A DNA stretch of 64,000 nt from Candidatus Spongiisociaceae bacterium (GTDB lineage Bacteria; Actinomycetota; Acidimicrobiia; Spongiisociales; Spongiisociaceae). The stretch lies in NCBI GenBank assembly GCA_965202665.1, contig OZ241841.1:2592001-2656000 (forward strand), written 5' to 3'. The notes beneath the pieces are model-generated. The model was not told the origin of the DNA. It made no database searches and was given only the letters and a program-made list of their open reading frames with translations. The translations under genes were made by a program, and so were the position numbers. This document shows, in pieces, positions 31,901-40,865 of this stretch (its first letter is position 1; each line of letters begins with the position of its first letter).

Positions 31901-34462
31901 GTTTTTCTGCTCCCCGTTCATTCCGCTGTTGGTGTCCGCTGTTAACGTAACTCCCAGATCGTCGTCTGCTATCCCCAGCTCGGTTCCGCTCACTCGGAAC
32001 CCGTCCGCCGTTCCCCCGACGTCGATTTTCTCCGTCTCCTCCGCGATGTCATCCCCGGTAATCAACAACCCGGTCAGAGCGGCGGCCGGGCTGGAGGTGG
32101 AAGCGGCGGGGATACTCACCGTGATCGCGGTGCCGGGGGCGGTGAAATCCGCCGCTTCCGCTCCCTGGCCTGCGCTGAACGATAAAGTGACATCGGCAGC
32201 TCCGGTCAGATCCGAAGTAGACGCCCCCGCGAAAGAAGCGGTTACCGTGGCTGCTCCGGCGTTGGCCGCTCCCTCGTCTACCGATGTTTGGCTGACTGTT
32301 AGCTCGATTGTTTCGGTGATTTTCAAATCAGCGGGAATAACCGCGAGCCCGGTAGCGGAACCGGCGAACCGAACCATTTCCTCCTCCGCGGTTGTGTCCG
32401 ACAGGGGGGTGATGGTCACATCCGCCGTCCCCGACGTACCGCCCGATGAGATTGTCACGTCCACCGTTTCCGCTCCCCGGTCGTAGTCGCCGCTCGAGCA
32501 AGACCGGGACTGGCCGCTCCCCGAACACGTCCCCAATGTCGCCGTTCCCCCGGTTGCTCCCACGTTTACGTTGATGGTCGTCTCCGAAGTCACCGCGGCA
32601 GAGGCGGTGGCTTTCACCCGCACCGTCTGCGCTCCCCCGTCCTCCGCTATCCACGGCAGCGCAGCTTCCCCGCTGGTTGCCTCATGTAAAGACAAAACTA
32701 CGCTGTCGTTGATCGGCAAATCCGCCGAGTCCACCGTCACATCCGTCCCGCCCACCGACGCCGTCCCCGACAGCGTCAGCTTCTCCCCCGACTCGCTTGT
32801 ACTATCATCAGGAGCCGTCACCATAAACGTGCCGCTCCCCGACGTCGCACCCGCCGGAATAGAAACCGTCGTAGTATTACCCGTCAAACTTGTACAGGCA
32901 TCCTCTCCGCTAGAAGGCGGACACGACGACCCTAAGGAAGCCCCGCCCGCCGCCGCTACCGTCACCGCCACATCAGTCGCAGACGTCAAAATCGACGATG
33001 ACCCTTTAAACCGGGCCGTAACCGTTATCTGCTGCGCCCCCGCCTGCTCCCCGATCGACGACGGAGACACCTCCAGCTCAATATCAGCGTCATTGTCATA
33101 AATGGTCAACACAGACGCCCGAGCGGCCCCCAGCGCCGACGACCCGCCCACCTGGAAGGTTTCCGGCCCCTCCACAATCGTATCGTCGGTGATAGTCAAC
33201 CCCGCCAATGTTGCCGTACCTGAGGCAGTGATACTATTCGCCGGGAAAGAAATCGTATTTGGCGTAGACGGAGCATAAGAAAAATCGGCCGTCGTCGCTT
33301 TCCCCGCTCCCGCCGGGGTCTGCGCCGCCGCCGACAACGTCACCACCGTCTCGGAAGAAACCTGCGACGACGTCGCGTTCCAAAAACTAGCCGACACTGA
33401 CACCCCCGAACCGGAATCCCCCTCCGTTAACACATCCTGGTTTCCCGTAGATATACCATCGGTATCCACCGTAAAACCCGCCCGGTTACCATCCTTAATA
33501 GTTATCGGCGTACTAAATCGGGTCCAACCTGCTGGGGGGTCCACCCTAAGATAAAAAATCTCATCTGGCTCCACCTTCCTATCACTCACAATTCCCAAAG
33601 ACAAACGAGCATTTGGAGTATGCACGCCAGTGAAATCCCCGGAAAGAGCTCCGGCCGTTATCGTCGCATGCAGAGGATCATTATAATCAGAATTTTGCTC
33701 GTGAAAGACATCGTTATTAGTACTGAAAGTTTCAGATTGCGTAGCCGTCCCATCTACTATCCATAATCGCACATTCGACAAATTTTGGCTGTACGTCGAA
33801 GAAGTAGAAGCAGTGAACACACCATCCGTAACCCCACCCAAAACAGCCTTCCTTGAATTAGGCCAATAGATATGACGACCGTTTCGATTCGTAGATTCAC
33901 CTTCTCCTCTCTCCGGCATTACTAAAGAATCCGACGGCAACTCCACTTTTATCGCCCGGTCCTGATCGGTAATCGGCAGATTTGCCGCAGTTACCGTATA
34001 ACCAGAGGGGCCGGTACCGGTGAACCGAATATTCTCGTGCTCCTCCGTAATCGTGTCGCTGATGGTCGTAATAGTTAAAGAAGAGGAATAACCAACAGTC
34101 GCGCCCGACGCAATAGTCACCGTTACCGTAGTGCTTGACGGCGTAACATAATCACCCGTACACGTAGTCTCCCCCGCCTGAGTGGTACAAGAACCCGCAG
34201 TAGCCGGATTCGTCGCGCCCGATGCTCCCACCGTCACCGTCACCGCAACACTGCCCGACACCGCCGCCGGGGCGGTGGCTACCACCCGCACCGTTTGCTC
34301 ACCCCCGTCTTCCGCCAGAGCCGTTACCGCCGTCGGGGTCGACGCCCCATCGTCGAAGGAAAGCGCAATCGCAGTCGTCTGCGCCCTCACCCCGGCGGGC
34401 AAAGCGGGTAAAACCGACAGGACCAATCCCGCCGCCAACGCCAACAGCCCCAACCGTCGCAT
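28937..34462 (-). CDS. Giant secreted surface protein (signal peptide, Calx-beta/Ig-like repeats, poly-Gly linker, SLH anchor)
   Basis: Signal peptide 'MRRLGLLALAAGLVLSVLPALPAGVRA', SD GGAGG. Colinear paralog of 2-3925. Confidence 0.9.
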   Translation of the reverse strand: MRRLGLLALAAGLVLSVLPALPAGVRAQTTAIALSFDDGASTPTAVTALAEDGGEQTVRVVATAPAAVSGSVAVTVTVGASGATNPATAGSCTTQAGETTCTGDYVTPSSTTVTVTIASGATVGYSSSLTITTISDTITEEHENIRFTGTGPSGYTVTAANLPITDQDRAIKVELPSDSLVMPERGEGESTNRNGRHIYWPNSRKAVLGGVTDGVFTASTSSTYSQNLSNVRLWIVDGTATQSETFSTNNDVFHEQNSDYNDPLHATITAGALSGDFTGVHTPNARLSLGIVSDRKVEPDEIFYLRVDPPAGWTRFSTPITIKDGNRAGFTVDTDGISTGNQDVLTEGDSGSGVSVSASFWNATSSQVSSETVVTLSAAAQTPAGAGKATTADFSYAPSTPNTISFPANSITASGTATLAGLTITDDTIVEGPETFQVGGSSALGAARASVLTIYDNDADIELEVSPSSIGEQAGAQQITVTARFKGSSSILTSATDVAVTVAAAGGASLGSSCPPSSGEDACTSLTGNTTTVSIPAGATSGSGTFMVTAPDDSTSESGEKLTLSGTASVGGTDVTVDSADLPINDSVVLSLHEATSGEAALPWIAEDGGAQTVRVKATASAAVTSETTINVNVGATGGTATLGTCSGSGQSRSCSSGDYDRGAETVDVTISSGGTSGTADVTITPLSDTTAEEEMVRFAGSATGLAVIPADLKITETIELTVSQTSVDEGAANAGAATVTASFAGASTSDLTGAADVTLSFSAGQGAEAADFTAPGTAITVSIPAASTSSPAAALTGLLITGDDIAEETEKIDVGGTADGFRVSGTELGIADDDLGVTLTADTNSGMNGEQKNLSEGATPAVRVRAAFTTATSNDLGSALQVRVTAGVSSPQSAAGGGTDFTAPATPVTVSIPTGQTQGASWTNLTGLAVTDDTVTEPAETFAITGTATGRSNVTVTPDTLTIGASDTALEITTHPGTVAEGSAQDITVTAGFAGATSSALAANTAVTVAVAAGDTDGASVAASCSAIGQNDACTDQTGNSFTITIPSGQTSHTGTFQLTARDDSTTETVETVKITGSATVAGESESDTDTINVVDSGITLALTASGSTISALAENSASTTIRVTATLPVNAPTGGTVIGLNIAGSAIADTNSAWTEEEDYRISLPPKPASTPDGYAAGITIAQGQTSNYADITITVNDDNIDEPNKTITINGSQVTINSIDYPTVDAALTITDNDDTPNIDITLLNHDTGATLTQVREGGEDTTVRVQASFQGTVTRSAPTLVPITVGKATGEATEGTDYETVGDFTINIPAYQSSGTGTFTLKTDGTYNDENLEGNETLTVAGGTPTSFTIREDTLTIIDDETITLTLTPDEVNEGDAVAAVTLRAAYPGAALTTSQTITLALGGDAVAGTDYTAPTLTSLTIPANQNSATLPTFTLQTTEDNIAEGDETLQITGTVAAGYTVTPTSFTIKDDDDRPTGIQISLSANSLAETTGATATIATRLPAGSNTLPTDTTVNFSLSGNAQRNSDYRINSLTAVIPAGQTQAPNLTITILNDTTTEPVERITLTPSTPSTLTITPTTLTLTIPANDTPTPAPAPAPSGGGGGGGGGGGGGGGGGGGGGGGGTPPPAAPPPAAPSPAPAEPACQGRFCDEDGSVHEANIERIAGWRITLGCDATDSTKYCPGAQITRRQMAAFLHRAVSQRWTIQTPEAIEISDVPADAWYRTYAEWGVSVNAFALTDGNFNPGGVVTRADMAIMMIAAFPHLQSVEEPKNLFQDATGLDPAIVRAIEGMYGRGVTRGCATTPLNYCPNKPVTRAQMASFFVRAINLAPAASGDS

Positions 34463-34519
34463 CCTGCAACCTCCGTCCTTCGCTTCCGGTCCAACCTGTA
34501 ATCAGGACCGATGCGAAAG

Positions 34520-34546
34520 ACGCTACCCCCCCCCCCAATTTGTCAA
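34520..34546 (-). promoter_or_regulatory. Sigma-A promoter with a G11 tract in the spacer (TTGACA-AATT-G11-TAGCGT)
   Basis: Perfect -35 and TANNNT -10, spacer 15 nt, 57 nt upstream of the surface-protein ATG. Confidence 0.75.
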
Positions 34547-34717
34547 ATTAAGGCCCCGAACGCCCGCTACCGCGTGTTCAGACTGAGGCGATATTCGATT
34601 GTTTAGAGGAGAGCGGGGTTGAGAGCAGGCGGCGGCAGCGATAGTTTCCCCGCTGGCCGGTTTTGGAATCGGGCGGTTGCTCGACCACAATAAGATGGCG
34701 GCGGTGGAGGAAGAACG

Positions 34718-35899
34718 ATGGTTGCCTATCTGACAATGGACCAGCTTGAGTTGGCCGGACGGCGGGTTTTGTTGCGGTCCGATTTGAACGTTCCGTTAGC
34801 GGACGGGCGGGTGGCCGACGATTTCCGGGTGCGGGCCGCCCTGCCCGCCATCCGGCGGTTGCGGGAGGCGGGGGCCAAGGTGATCGTGTGCAGCCATCTG
34901 GGACGGCCCGGCGGGCGGCCCGCGCCCGAATTGCGCCTGGCCCCGGTGGCGGAGCGAATGGCGGAACTGGGCGGGTTCCCGGTGGCCGCCTCCCGCGATC
35001 TGGTCGGCGAAGACGCCCGCCGGTTGCTGCGGGAGACCGGGCCGGAGGAGGTGATCCTGCTGGAAAACACCCGCTTCCACCCGGGGGAGACCGCCAACCT
35101 TCCCGGCTTGGCCGCCGAACTGGCCGGGCTGGCCGACCTGTTCGTGTTGGACGCTTTCGGTTCCGCCCACCGGGCCCACGCCTCCACCACCGGGGCGGCG
35201 GACCGTCTGCGGTCGGCGGCCGGGCCCCTTTTGGAAACCGAACTGCGGGCCTTCGGAGCCCTGCGGGAAGACCCGCCCCGGCCTTTTACGGTTATCCTGG
35301 GCGGGGCCAAAATCGCCGACAAACTTCCGCTGTTGGAGGCGTTGCTCCCCCAAGTTGACGCTATGCTGGTCGGGGGCGGAATGTGCTTCAGCCTGTTGGC
35401 GGCGGAAGGATACGAAGTGGGGAAGTCGTTGGCGGAGCGCGAGCTCCTGGACCAGTTGCGGGACCTGATGGGCGGGGAGTACGGAGACAGGATCGTGTTG
35501 CCGGTGGACGTGATCGCAGCCGACCGCGCCGCCTCCGACGCGGCCGCCCGCGTCGCGGGCGTAGCGGAAATGGGGGACGAAGACACCGGTTTGGACATCG
35601 GCCCGGAAACCGCCCGCCGGTTCGCCGCCGCGGTGGCCGGGGCGGGCTCGGTGTTCTGGAACGGTCCGATGGGGGCCTTCGAATGGGAGCCGTTCCGGGC
35701 GGGCACGCAGGCCGTGGCCCGGGCCATGGCCGACTCCTACGCTTTCACCGTCGCCGGAGGCGGCGATTCGGCGGCCGCCCTGCGGATGATGGGCTTGGCC
35801 GGGGAGGTAAGCCATCTGTCCACCGGCGGCGGGGCCGGTTTGGAACTGCTGCAAGGCCGGGAACTGCCGGCGGTGGCCGCCTTGGGGAAATGGGCATGA
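34718..35899 (+). CDS. pgk: Phosphoglycerate kinase
   Basis: 'RSDLNVP', 'SHLGRP', 'LLENTRF', 'DAFGSAHRAHAS', 'WNGPMG', 'HLSTGGGA'. Confidence 0.97.
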   Translation: MVAYLTMDQLELAGRRVLLRSDLNVPLADGRVADDFRVRAALPAIRRLREAGAKVIVCSHLGRPGGRPAPELRLAPVAERMAELGGFPVAASRDLVGEDARRLLRETGPEEVILLENTRFHPGETANLPGLAAELAGLADLFVLDAFGSAHRAHASTTGAADRLRSAAGPLLETELRAFGALREDPPRPFTVILGGAKIADKLPLLEALLPQVDAMLVGGGMCFSLLAAEGYEVGKSLAERELLDQLRDLMGGEYGDRIVLPVDVIAADRAASDAAARVAGVAEMGDEDTGLDIGPETARRFAAAVAGAGSVFWNGPMGAFEWEPFRAGTQAVARAMADSYAFTVAGGGDSAAALRMMGLAGEVSHLSTGGGAGLELLQGRELPAVAALGKWA

Positions 35900-36672
35900 G
35901 CGCCTCCGAACGCAAGCCGTTGATGGTGGGCAACTGGAAGATGAACGGATCCCACTTGGAAGCCATCCAGCGGGTGCAGAAGCTTTCCTACCGGCTGGAC
36001 CCCGGCGACTACGACCGGGTGGAAGTGGCGGTCGGCCCGCCTTTCACCTCGTTGCGGTCGGTGCAGACGGTCGTGGAATTGGACAACCTGCCCATCGGGA
36101 TCGCAGCCCAAAACGTTTCCTGGGCGCCGGAGGGGGCTTTCACCGGCGAAATTTCGGCGGGGATGCTGGTCAAACTGTCGGTGCGCTACGTGATAGTGGG
36201 CCATTCCGAACGCCGCATCCACTTCGGGGAGGACGATGCGCTGGTCAACCGCAAAGCGAAAGCGACGCTGGCGGCGGGGATGATCCCGATTGTCGCGGTG
36301 GGGGAAACCTTGGAGGAACGGGAGGCGGGCCGCACCGGGGAGGTGGTGGCGGGGCAGGTTTCCGGGTCGTTGCGGGGAATAAAATCCGAGGACATCGCCC
36401 GGCTGGCGGTGGCTTACGAGCCGGTGTGGGCGATCGGCACCGGACGCACCGCCGACCCCGCCGACGCCCAGGAGGCGATAGCCGCCATCCGGGAGCAGGT
36501 GCGGGAGCGGCACGGGGAGGCGGCTGATTCCATGCGCATACTGTACGGAGGGTCGGTGAATCCGGGGAACGCGGCGGCTCTGATGGCCAAACGGGACATC
36601 GACGGCGGGCTGATCGGCGGGGCGTCGTTGGATACGGACGTGTTCGCGGCCTGCATCCGATACTGGAGGTGA
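35896..36672 (+). CDS. tpiA: Triosephosphate isomerase
   Basis: 'GNWKMN', 'GHSERR', '[11 protein letters not shown]', 'YGGSV', 'GGASL'. Confidence 0.97.
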   Translation: MSASERKPLMVGNWKMNGSHLEAIQRVQKLSYRLDPGDYDRVEVAVGPPFTSLRSVQTVVELDNLPIGIAAQNVSWAPEGAFTGEISAGMLVKLSVRYVIVGHSERRIHFGEDDALVNRKAKATLAAGMIPIVAVGETLEEREAGRTGEVVAGQVSGSLRGIKSEDIARLAVAYEPVWAIGTGRTADPADAQEAIAAIREQVRERHGEAADSMRILYGGSVNPGNAAALMAKRDIDGGLIGGASLDTDVFAACIRYWR

Positions 36673-37439
36673 AGATGGCGGATGTCGCAGGGGGCTCGGC
36701 GCCGGTGGTTCTGCTCCGGCACGGGGAGAGCGTTTGGAACCGGGAGAACCTTTTCACCGGTTGGACGGACGTGGGGCTCACCGAAACCGGGGCGGAGGAG
36801 GCCCGCACCGCCGGGCTGTTGATGGCCGAAGCCGGGATGGCCTTTGACATTGTTCACACCTCGGTGTTGCGCCGGGCCATCGACACCGCCCATTTGGCCT
36901 TGGACGCTATGGACCGGCATTGGATTCCGGTGCGCCGCGACTGGCGGCTCAACGAACGGCACTACGGGGCCTTGCAGGGTTTGGACAAGAAACAGACCGC
37001 GGCCCTGCACGGCCCGGACCAAGTGTTCGCCTGGCGGAGAAGTTACGATGTCCGCCCCCCGGGGTTGGAGCCGGACGATGAACGGCATCCCCGGCGCGAC
37101 CCCCGCTACGCCGGCCTGCCCCCGGAGGGAACTCCGGCCGCCGAATGCCTGGCGGACGTGGTGGAGCGGATGATCCCCTACTGGCGGGAGGCGGCCCTCC
37201 CCGACTTGCGGGCCGGGCGGCGTTTGCTGATCGCCGCCCACGGCAACAGCATCCGGGCCTTGCTCAAACACCTGAAAGGCATTCCCGACGGGGAAATCTC
37301 CGCCCTCAACATTCCCACCGGCATCCCGCTGGCGGTGGAACTGGACGAAAATCTGAAGTATCGGTCCGACCGTTATCTGGGCGATGCGGCGGCGGCGGAA
37401 GCGGCCGCGGCGGCGGTGGCCGCCCAGGCCGGATTGTAA
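36669..37439 (+). CDS. gpmA: 2,3-BPG-dependent phosphoglycerate mutase
   Basis: 'LRHGES.WN..N.FTGW.DV', '[11 protein letters not shown]', 'AHGNSIRAL'. Confidence 0.96.
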   Translation: MKMADVAGGSAPVVLLRHGESVWNRENLFTGWTDVGLTETGAEEARTAGLLMAEAGMAFDIVHTSVLRRAIDTAHLALDAMDRHWIPVRRDWRLNERHYGALQGLDKKQTAALHGPDQVFAWRRSYDVRPPGLEPDDERHPRRDPRYAGLPPEGTPAAECLADVVERMIPYWREAALPDLRAGRRLLIAAHGNSIRALLKHLKGIPDGEISALNIPTGIPLAVELDENLKYRSDRYLGDAAAAEAAAAAVAAQAGL

Positions 37440-37449
37440 GGCCGGGCCG

Positions 37450-38535
37450 GTGCCGCGCGCGGTGCGGGGGGCGGTTTCCCGGACGGCGGGGGGGCCGGTG
37501 GAGGTTTTGCGGGTGACGGTTCCCGACCCCGGTCCGGGGGAGGCGGTGGTGGACGTTCAGGCGTGCGGGGTGTGCCGCACCGATCTGCATTATCACCGGG
37601 GGGAATGGAGCGGGGATTTTCCGTTTTTGCTGGGGCACGAAGCGGCGGGAGTGGTGGCGGCGGTGGGGGAGGGGGTGGACGAGGTGGCGCCCGGCGACTT
37701 CGTGATTCTGAACTGGCGGGCGGCCTGCGGGCGGTGCCGGTGGTGCCGACGGGGACGGCGCGAGTTCTGCTCGGATTCGCTTACCGCCTCCCGTCCGATG
37801 ACGTTGGCCGACGGGACGGCCCTCACCCCGGCGATGGGCATCGGCGGGCTGGCGGAGGCGACGCTGGTGGCGGCCGGGCAGTGCACTAAAGCGAATTCCG
37901 CCGTTCCCCCGGCGGCGGCGGGGCTTTTGGGATGCGGGGTGACCACCGGTTTCGGGGCGGCGGCGCACACCGGCGGGGCGGGCCGGGGCGATCGGGTGGC
38001 CGTGTTCGGGTGCGGCGGGGTGGGATGCGGCGCCGTCGCCGGCGCTTATTTGGCGGGGGCCACCGTCGTCATCGCGGTGGACATAGACGACCGGAAACTG
38101 GAATGGGCCCGGGGGTTCGGAGCCACCCACGTCGTCAACTCGGCCCGTACCGACCCGGTGGAGGCCGTCCGACGGGCCGCCGGCGGGCGGGGAGTGGAGG
38201 TGGCGATCGACGCGGTGGGGACGCCGGAAACCTTCCGTCAGGCGTTGGCGGTCCGGGAGGCGCGGGGGACGCTGGTGCTGGCGGGAGTCCCCGCCGCGGA
38301 CGCCGTTTTGGAGTTGCCGATGTTTGAGATGTTCGACGGGGGAGGCGCCATCAAAATGTGCTGGTACGGAGACTGCCTGCCCTCCCGTGATTTTCAGACG
38401 CTGAGCGACCTCTATCTGCAAGGGCGGTTTGATTTGGAAGGTTTCATTTCGGAGACCATTGGTTTGGACGAGGTGGGGGAAGCCTTTCAGAAAATGGAGC
38501 AGGGGGAGGTCCTGCGCTCGGTGGTGGTGTTCTGA
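37450..38535 (+). CDS. Divergent MscR-like zinc-dependent dehydrogenase (paralog of 39006-40091)
   Basis: 'CGVCRTD', 'GHEAAG', four-Cys structural zinc site, 'GCGGVG', '[11 protein letters not shown]', 'GEVLRSVV'. GTG start inferred by alignment to the paralog. Confidence 0.85.
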   Translation: MPRAVRGAVSRTAGGPVEVLRVTVPDPGPGEAVVDVQACGVCRTDLHYHRGEWSGDFPFLLGHEAAGVVAAVGEGVDEVAPGDFVILNWRAACGRCRWCRRGRREFCSDSLTASRPMTLADGTALTPAMGIGGLAEATLVAAGQCTKANSAVPPAAAGLLGCGVTTGFGAAAHTGGAGRGDRVAVFGCGGVGCGAVAGAYLAGATVVIAVDIDDRKLEWARGFGATHVVNSARTDPVEAVRRAAGGRGVEVAIDAVGTPETFRQALAVREARGTLVLAGVPAADAVLELPMFEMFDGGGAIKMCWYGDCLPSRDFQTLSDLYLQGRFDLEGFISETIGLDEVGEAFQKMEQGEVLRSVVVF

Positions 38536-38654
38536 AGTCGAACCTTTTGGCCGTTATGGTTGGAAAATTCTTGGACGGGTAGGCGCCGGCGCGCTATGCT
38601 GGGGTCTCCGGTCGGCGACGGCCGGTTCGCGCAGCAGGCAGAAAGGAACGTCCC

Positions 38655-38894
38655 ATGACCGTGGTTACCGCCGTCTTGACCGGGATTCATTTGGTTACGT
38701 CCCTGGCGTTGGTGTTTCTGATCCTGTTGCATTCCGGCAAAGGGGGTTTGGGCGATATGTTCGGGGGCGGGATGCAGTCCTCCAATTTGGCCGGTTCCAC
38801 CCTGGCGGAACGCAACCTGAGCCGCTTGACCGTGCTGGTGGCGCTGGTGTTCGCGGCCACCACCCTCACTTTGGTCATCCTGCTCGGGGCCTGA
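38655..38894 (+). CDS. secG: Preprotein translocase subunit SecG
   Basis: 'LILLHSGKGGLGDMFGGG...AERNLSRLT'. Usual position after tpiA. Confidence 0.92.
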   Translation: MTVVTAVLTGIHLVTSLALVFLILLHSGKGGLGDMFGGGMQSSNLAGSTLAERNLSRLTVLVALVFAATTLTLVILLGA

Positions 38895-39005
38895 CCGCCG
38901 GGGCGGTTGCGGGCCCTATTCACGCACTCTTTTCCCCCGATCGGCTATTCTCCGGTAGGCGCGCAACCGCAAGCCGCCCCTAGTTTTCGAGCAAGGAGGA
39001 AGGGA

Positions 39006-40091
39006 ATGCCGCAGACGGTACGAGGAGTGATCGCCCGTGCGGTGGGGGAGCCGGTGGAGATGGCGGAGGTGATAGTGCCCGATCCCGGCCCGGGGGAGGC
39101 GGTGGTGGACATTCAGGCGTGCGGGGTGTGCCACACCGACCTGCATTACCGGGAAGGGGGGATCAACGACGAGTTCCCGTTCCTGCTGGGGCACGAAGCG
39201 GCCGGGTCGGTGGCGGCGGTGGGAGAGGGGGTGGAGGATGTGTCTTCCGGCGACTTCGTAATTTTGAACTGGCGGGCGGTGTGCGGCCAGTGCCGTTCCT
39301 GCCGGCGGGGCAAGCCCCACATCTGTTTCGACACCCACAACGCGGCGCAGAAGATGACGCTGTCCGACGGAACGGTCCTTTCCCCGGCTTTGGGGATCGG
39401 GGCGTTCGCGGAGTCCACCCTGGTGGCGGCCGGGCAGTGCACCAAAGTGGATCCGGCGGCTTCCCCGGCCGCGGCCGGCCTGCTGGGATGCGGGGTGATG
39501 GCCGGAATCGGGGCGGCGGTAAACACCGGAGAGGTGGGACGGGGGGACAGCGTGGCCGTGTTCGGCTGCGGAGGGGTGGGGGACGGGGCCATCGCCGGGG
39601 CCAACCTGGCGGGGGCTTCGATCATCATCGCGGTGGACATAGACGACCGGAAACTGGAATGGGCCAAAGGGTTCGGGGCCACCCATGTTATAAACTCTTC
39701 GCAGACCGACCCGGTGCCGGCCATCCGGGAACTTACCGGCGGACACGGGGTGGATGTGGCTATTGAAGCGATCGGCCTGCCCGCCGCCTACCGGCAGGCG
39801 TTCGAGGCCCGGGATTTGGCGGGGACGGTGGTGCTGGTGGGGGTGCCCACCCCGGATATGACCATAGAACTGCCGTTCCTGGAAGTGTTCGGGCGGGGCG
39901 GGGCCCTCAAATCCAGTTGGTACGGGGACTGCCTGCCCTCCCGCGACTTCCCGATGCTGATCGACCTTTACATGCAGGGCCGGTTGGATTTGGACGGGTT
40001 CGTGTCGGAAACCATCGGGCTGGGGGACGTGGAGGAGGCTTTCCACAAGATGGAACGGGGCGAGGTGCTCCGTTCGGTGGTGATGTTCTGA
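39006..40091 (+). CDS. mscR: S-(hydroxymethyl)mycothiol dehydrogenase / S-nitrosomycothiol reductase
   Basis: '[11 protein letters not shown]', '[26 protein letters not shown]', '[14 protein letters not shown]'. Followed by the usual MBL hydrolase. Confidence 0.92.
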   Translation: MPQTVRGVIARAVGEPVEMAEVIVPDPGPGEAVVDIQACGVCHTDLHYREGGINDEFPFLLGHEAAGSVAAVGEGVEDVSSGDFVILNWRAVCGQCRSCRRGKPHICFDTHNAAQKMTLSDGTVLSPALGIGAFAESTLVAAGQCTKVDPAASPAAAGLLGCGVMAGIGAAVNTGEVGRGDSVAVFGCGGVGDGAIAGANLAGASIIIAVDIDDRKLEWAKGFGATHVINSSQTDPVPAIRELTGGHGVDVAIEAIGLPAAYRQAFEARDLAGTVVLVGVPTPDMTIELPFLEVFGRGGALKSSWYGDCLPSRDFPMLIDLYMQGRLDLDGFVSETIGLGDVEEAFHKMERGEVLRSVVMF

Positions 40092-40113
40092 GTCGGGCGG
40101 GGAGGAGCGGGCG

Positions 40114-40742
40114 ATGGCTTTGGAACTGGTGACCACCGACGGCTTCTTCGCGTTGGACGGTGGCGAATGGGCGGTGACCAACAACATTTGGCTGGTCGGC
40201 GACGACCGGGAGGTTCTGGTGTTCGACGCCTCCCACGACCATAAGCCGATTGCGGAGGCGGTGGGGGGGCGGCGGGTGCGGGCCATAGTCCTCACCCACG
40301 GCCACAACGACCACATCAACGCGGCGGTCGCTTTGCGGGAAGCGGCGGATGCGCCGGTGCTGTTGCATCCCGCCGACCGCATGCTGTGGGACATGGTGTA
40401 TGAATCCGAGGAGCCGGACGGGGACTTGGAGCCGGGAGGCGAGTTGGAGGGGGGCGGCCACCGCTTGGGGATTATTTCTACTCCCGGCCACACCCCCGGT
40501 TCCTGCTGTTTTCGAGATGAAGCGGGCCGGTTCGTAGTGTCGGGCGATACCCTGTTCAACGGGGGGCCGGGGGCCACCAACCGCACCTTCAGTTCCGAAC
40601 CGGACATTCTGCGCAGCATCCGCGACCGGTTGCTGTTTTGCCGGATGAAACGGTGGTGCACACCGGCCACGGGGAGGCCACCACCATCGGGGCGGAGCGG
40701 GCCGGGGTGCTGGCCCGCATCTCCGAGTTGGAAATCGGCTAA
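40114..40742 (+). pseudogene. MBL-fold hydrolase (Rv2260-like mscR partner), one-base frameshift near 40635
   Basis: 'THGHNDH', 'TPGHTPG', 'SGDTLF'. The expected 'LPDETVVHTGHGEATTIGAER' continues in another frame to TAA 40740-42. May be a sequencing error. Confidence 0.75.
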
Positions 40743-40779
40743 CATCGACCTGGTGGGAGTGGTTGTGTGCGTGCGTCGG

Positions 40780-40863
40780 GTCGGAGTGGCGGAATTGGTA
40801 GACGCGCTAGGTTGAGGGCCTAGTGCCCGTCAGGGCGTGGAGGTTCGAGTCCTCTCTCCGACA
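40780..40863 (+). tRNA. tRNA-Leu(GAG)
   Basis: Acceptor GTCGGAG/CTCCGAC, D-loop GGAATTGGTAGAC, anticodon arm CTAGG-TTGAGGG-CCTAG, long variable arm, GGTTCGAGTCC. CCA not encoded. Confidence 0.95.
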
Positions 40864-40865
40864 CT

